This document shows positions 61,029 to 64,000 of a stretch of DNA of 64,000 bases, in pieces. The DNA comes from Heterodontus francisci (Eukaryota). The position numbers and the translations under genes are program-made. Location: contig NC_090419.1 in the NCBI RefSeq assembly GCF_036365525.1, positions 2,294,001 to 2,358,000 of the forward strand, written 5' to 3'. A model generated the notes under the pieces. The model had not been told where the DNA came from and made no database searches. It saw only the letters and a program-made list of their open reading frames with translations. Numbering within the stretch: position 1 is the first letter of the stretch; the number at the start of each line of letters is the position of its first letter.

Positions 61029-61164
61029 TGGTGCTGCTGGCCAGCAGCATGGCCATGAACGTTAGCACATCAATTCGCTGTCCTTCCATGGACCCTGTCG
61101 GGAAAGGAAGACACGACTCGCATTTAGACAGCACATTGCACATCCTCAACAACATAAACCTGCA

Positions 61165-61745
61165 CATTCATCGCGCCTTAACATAGGAAAATGTCCCAAG
61201 GTGCTTCACAGGAACATAAATCAAGCAGAAAATTGACACTGAGCCATATAAAGAAAAGTTAGGACAGGTGACAAAAAACTTGGACAAAGAAGTTGGTTTT
61301 AAGCAGAGTCGCAAATGAAAGGATAGAGAGAGAGATTACAGAGGTAGGGAGGTGTGTAGAGACTGGGGGAGGTTACAGAGATAGGGAGGACTGTAGGGGC
61401 TGGAGGAGGTTACAGATATAGGCAGGGTTGGAGGGACTAGAGGAGGTTGCATGGATAGTGGCCGTTGAAGGGGCTGGACGATGTTAGACAGATCGGGAGT
61501 GTTATAGAGCTGGAGCTGGTCACAGAAATCAGGAGGGTTGTAGAGCTAGAGGATATCACAGGGATAATGAGAGTTTTAGGGGATGGAGGAGGTTAGAGAG
61601 CTGGGGAGTCTTCTCGGAGCTGGAGGATGTTACAGAGATATGGAGAGAGGTAGGGGCTGGACGAGGTGACAGAGATGGAGATGTTTGTAGGGACTAGCGG
61701 AGGTTACAGAGATAAGGAAGGATGTAGGCTTGGAGGAGGTTACTT
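61165..61745 (-). repeat. L2-like 3' end running into the 35-37-bp minisatellite
   Basis: tcccaaggtgcttcacagg...tttaag followed by (ggctggaggaggttacagagatagggaggg.tgtag)n. Confidence 0.75.
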
Positions 61746-61899
61746 GGTAAGGAATGATGAACATTCCATTTTTAATGTTTCTACAGCCTCGCTGTAGTTT
61801 GGCCTGCCACCATGGTGATCACAATAACACCAACATTCTTTTCTCCTCATTTTCTCCCATTCTCCTCCTCAGCATGTGGGAAACCTTTCCACTAGCAAA

Positions 61900-62115
61900 C
61901 TGTTTGTGTGCGACTCTGTGTGTGCGTGTGAGAGAGATCAAGATCTGGGGTGTACGTGTGTATGTGTGATAGTGCCTGTGTATGTGTATCTGTGTGTGTT
62001 TGTGTACGAGTGTTTGTGTACGAGTGTGTGTTTGTAAGTGTATGCGTGTGTGTATGAGAGTATGTGAGACCGTGTTTGTATGTATGCCTGTGTGTGTGTA
62101 ATTGGATGTGTGGTG
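61900..62115. repeat. Degenerate (GT)n microsatellite
   Basis: tgtgtg-rich tract. Confidence 0.85.
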
Positions 62116-62442
62116 TTGGCCCTCTGGTCTCTGCATGATCAGCTATATTGGCACAGATTCTGGAATAAGAATCCAAACGTTTTTCCACCTCAGAGTACTC
62201 ACTAATTCAGTTCTGTTATTTTACTATATACTATTCCTGTCTTTTGCCACGTACTGTTCTTACAAGTTAACTGTGTGCTCCTCAGGACTAGCAACATGTT
62301 TGCAGAGATAAGGAGGGTTGTAATTGTGGAGCAGTTAACTCCTATAGGAACGGTTGTAGCTGTGGAGTAGACTACAGAGGTATGAAAGGTTCGAGTGCTA
62401 GATTAGGTTCAAGAGATTGGATCGAGGACATAGATGGATTGG

Positions 62443-63600
62443 ACATAGGAATACAGGAAATAGGAGCAGGCCATTTGTCCCCTCAAGCCTGCTCCACCAT
62501 TCAAACAGAACATGGCTGAACGTCTAACTCAACTCTATTTTCCCGCTTTCTGTCCATACCCCTTGACACATCCACCACCCTCTGGGTAAAGAATTCCAAG
62601 GATTCACCACCCAATGAGTGAAGAATATCCTCTTCATCTCAGTCCTAAGTGGTCAATCTTATTCTTCGAGTTTATCCCCTGCTTCACGGCTCCCAGCCAG
62701 AGGAAACATAATTCCTGCATCTACCCTGTAAGAATTTTGTATGTTTCAATGTGAATCGTCTCTCATTCTTATAAATTCTAGATAGTACAGGCACAACCTA
62801 CTCAATATATCCTCATATCCCAGGAATTAGCCTGGTGAGCTCCTTCTGTGTCAAGCATATCATTTCTTAGGTAAGGAGACAAAACTATACACAATACTCC
62901 AGGTGAGGTCTCACCAAGGCTCAATAAAAGTTAAGCCAGACATATTTACTCCAGTACTCAAATCCTCTTGCAATAAAGGCCAGCATACCATTTGCCTTCC
63001 TAATTGTTTGTTGCATCTGCATGTTAGCGTTCAGTGAAAGAAGACCAAGGAGACTATGGTCCCATTGGACATCAACACTTGTCAATCTCTCACCATTTAA
63101 GAAATATTCTGCATTTCCTTTTTTTTTCTAGCAAAGTGGTTAACTTCATATCTTTCCATATAATATTCCATCTGCTATGTTCTTGGCCACACACTTCGCC
63201 TGTCTAAATCTCCTTGAATTCTTTTTGCACCCTCCTCACACAACTCACATTCCCACAAAGTTTTGTGTCATCAGCAAACTTGGAAATAGTACCCTTGTTC
63301 CCCGCAGTGTAGGAATAGCTGGGGCCCAAGCACTGATCCTTGCGGCTCCCCATTCGCAACAACCTGCCAACTTGAGAATGATCTGTTTAAGCCTATTCTC
63401 TCTTTTCTGTCCGTTAACCAATACTCAATCCATTCCATTATAATACCCCCAATCCCATGTGCTCTAATTTTGCTGACTAACTTCTTCTTTGGGTCTTTCT
63501 CGAAAACGTTCTGAAAATTAAAATATAGCACATCCACGAGTTTCCTTTTTTCTATTATGCTTGTTCCATCCTCCAAAAACTCCAAAAGAATGAAACTTTT
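62443..63600 (-). mobile_element. Degenerate CR1
   Basis: LLEFLED...VDVLYFNFQNVFEK...PQGSVLGPQLF; CR1 3'UTR at 62443-62520. Confidence 0.85.
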
Positions 63601-63689
63601 TAAATTGAGGCAGTGCTGGCCTGGGACCCAACGAAGGTCAGCTCGCACAGGATGCTGGGTGAGCGGGACTTGGCACGAGTGAGGACACG

Positions 63690-64000
63690 GGCTGTAGCTT
63701 TTTGGAATGACATCAAGTTAATGGGGGTCAGCATGTGGAAGGTTTGCCAGGAATGGATTGGAATAGTCCAGTCTAAAGGTGAGAAAGTCAGGATGAAGAT
63801 TTCAGCAGCAGATGAGCTGAGTCAGTGGTGAGGCGGGGCAATGTTAGGGAGGTGGAAATTGGCAGTGTTAGTGATGCCGTAAATATGTGAGTAGAAGTTC
63901 ATCTTGGGTTGAAATATGACACTAGATTGTGAACAGTCGAGTTTATCTTGGTCTGTTGTCTGAGTGAGGGATGGGGCCATGGACAGATCCTTAGGGAACA
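63690..64000 (-). mobile_element. L2-like fragment
   Basis: atagtccagtcta.aggt...atttcagcagcagatgagctgag...ggaggtggaa. Confidence 0.6.

Overview
Repeat-dominated vertebrate genomic DNA; the element repertoire and gene families point to a cartilaginous fish (shark), which is an inference. One apparently intact host gene was found: a two-exon GPR139/GPR142-like class A GPCR (27311-27380 + 29691-30595, 324 aa). Two broken paralogues flank it, and the window also holds a NACHT (NLR) pseudo-exon and an orphan SLC25A43 exon. The rest is CR1, L2-like, RTE (one with an intact 1063-aa ORF), Tx1-like and Penelope retroelements, HE1-like and Deu-domain SINEs, a Harbinger transposase relic, possible solo LTRs and several minisatellites. 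Most notable: (i) a precise 2.17-kb inversion at TGCA palindromes that splits an RTE and flips the SLC25A43 exon; (ii) many minimal hammerhead-ribozyme motifs in Penelope-derived units, including a 250-bp hairpin insertion with a 15-bp target-site duplication and a separate CCAAT/TATA-plus-hammerhead unit; (iii) an L2-derived minisatellite carrying several nested insertions. No prokaryotic or CRISPR-type system is present. Boundaries of old repeats are approximate, and all family calls come from reading motifs by eye.
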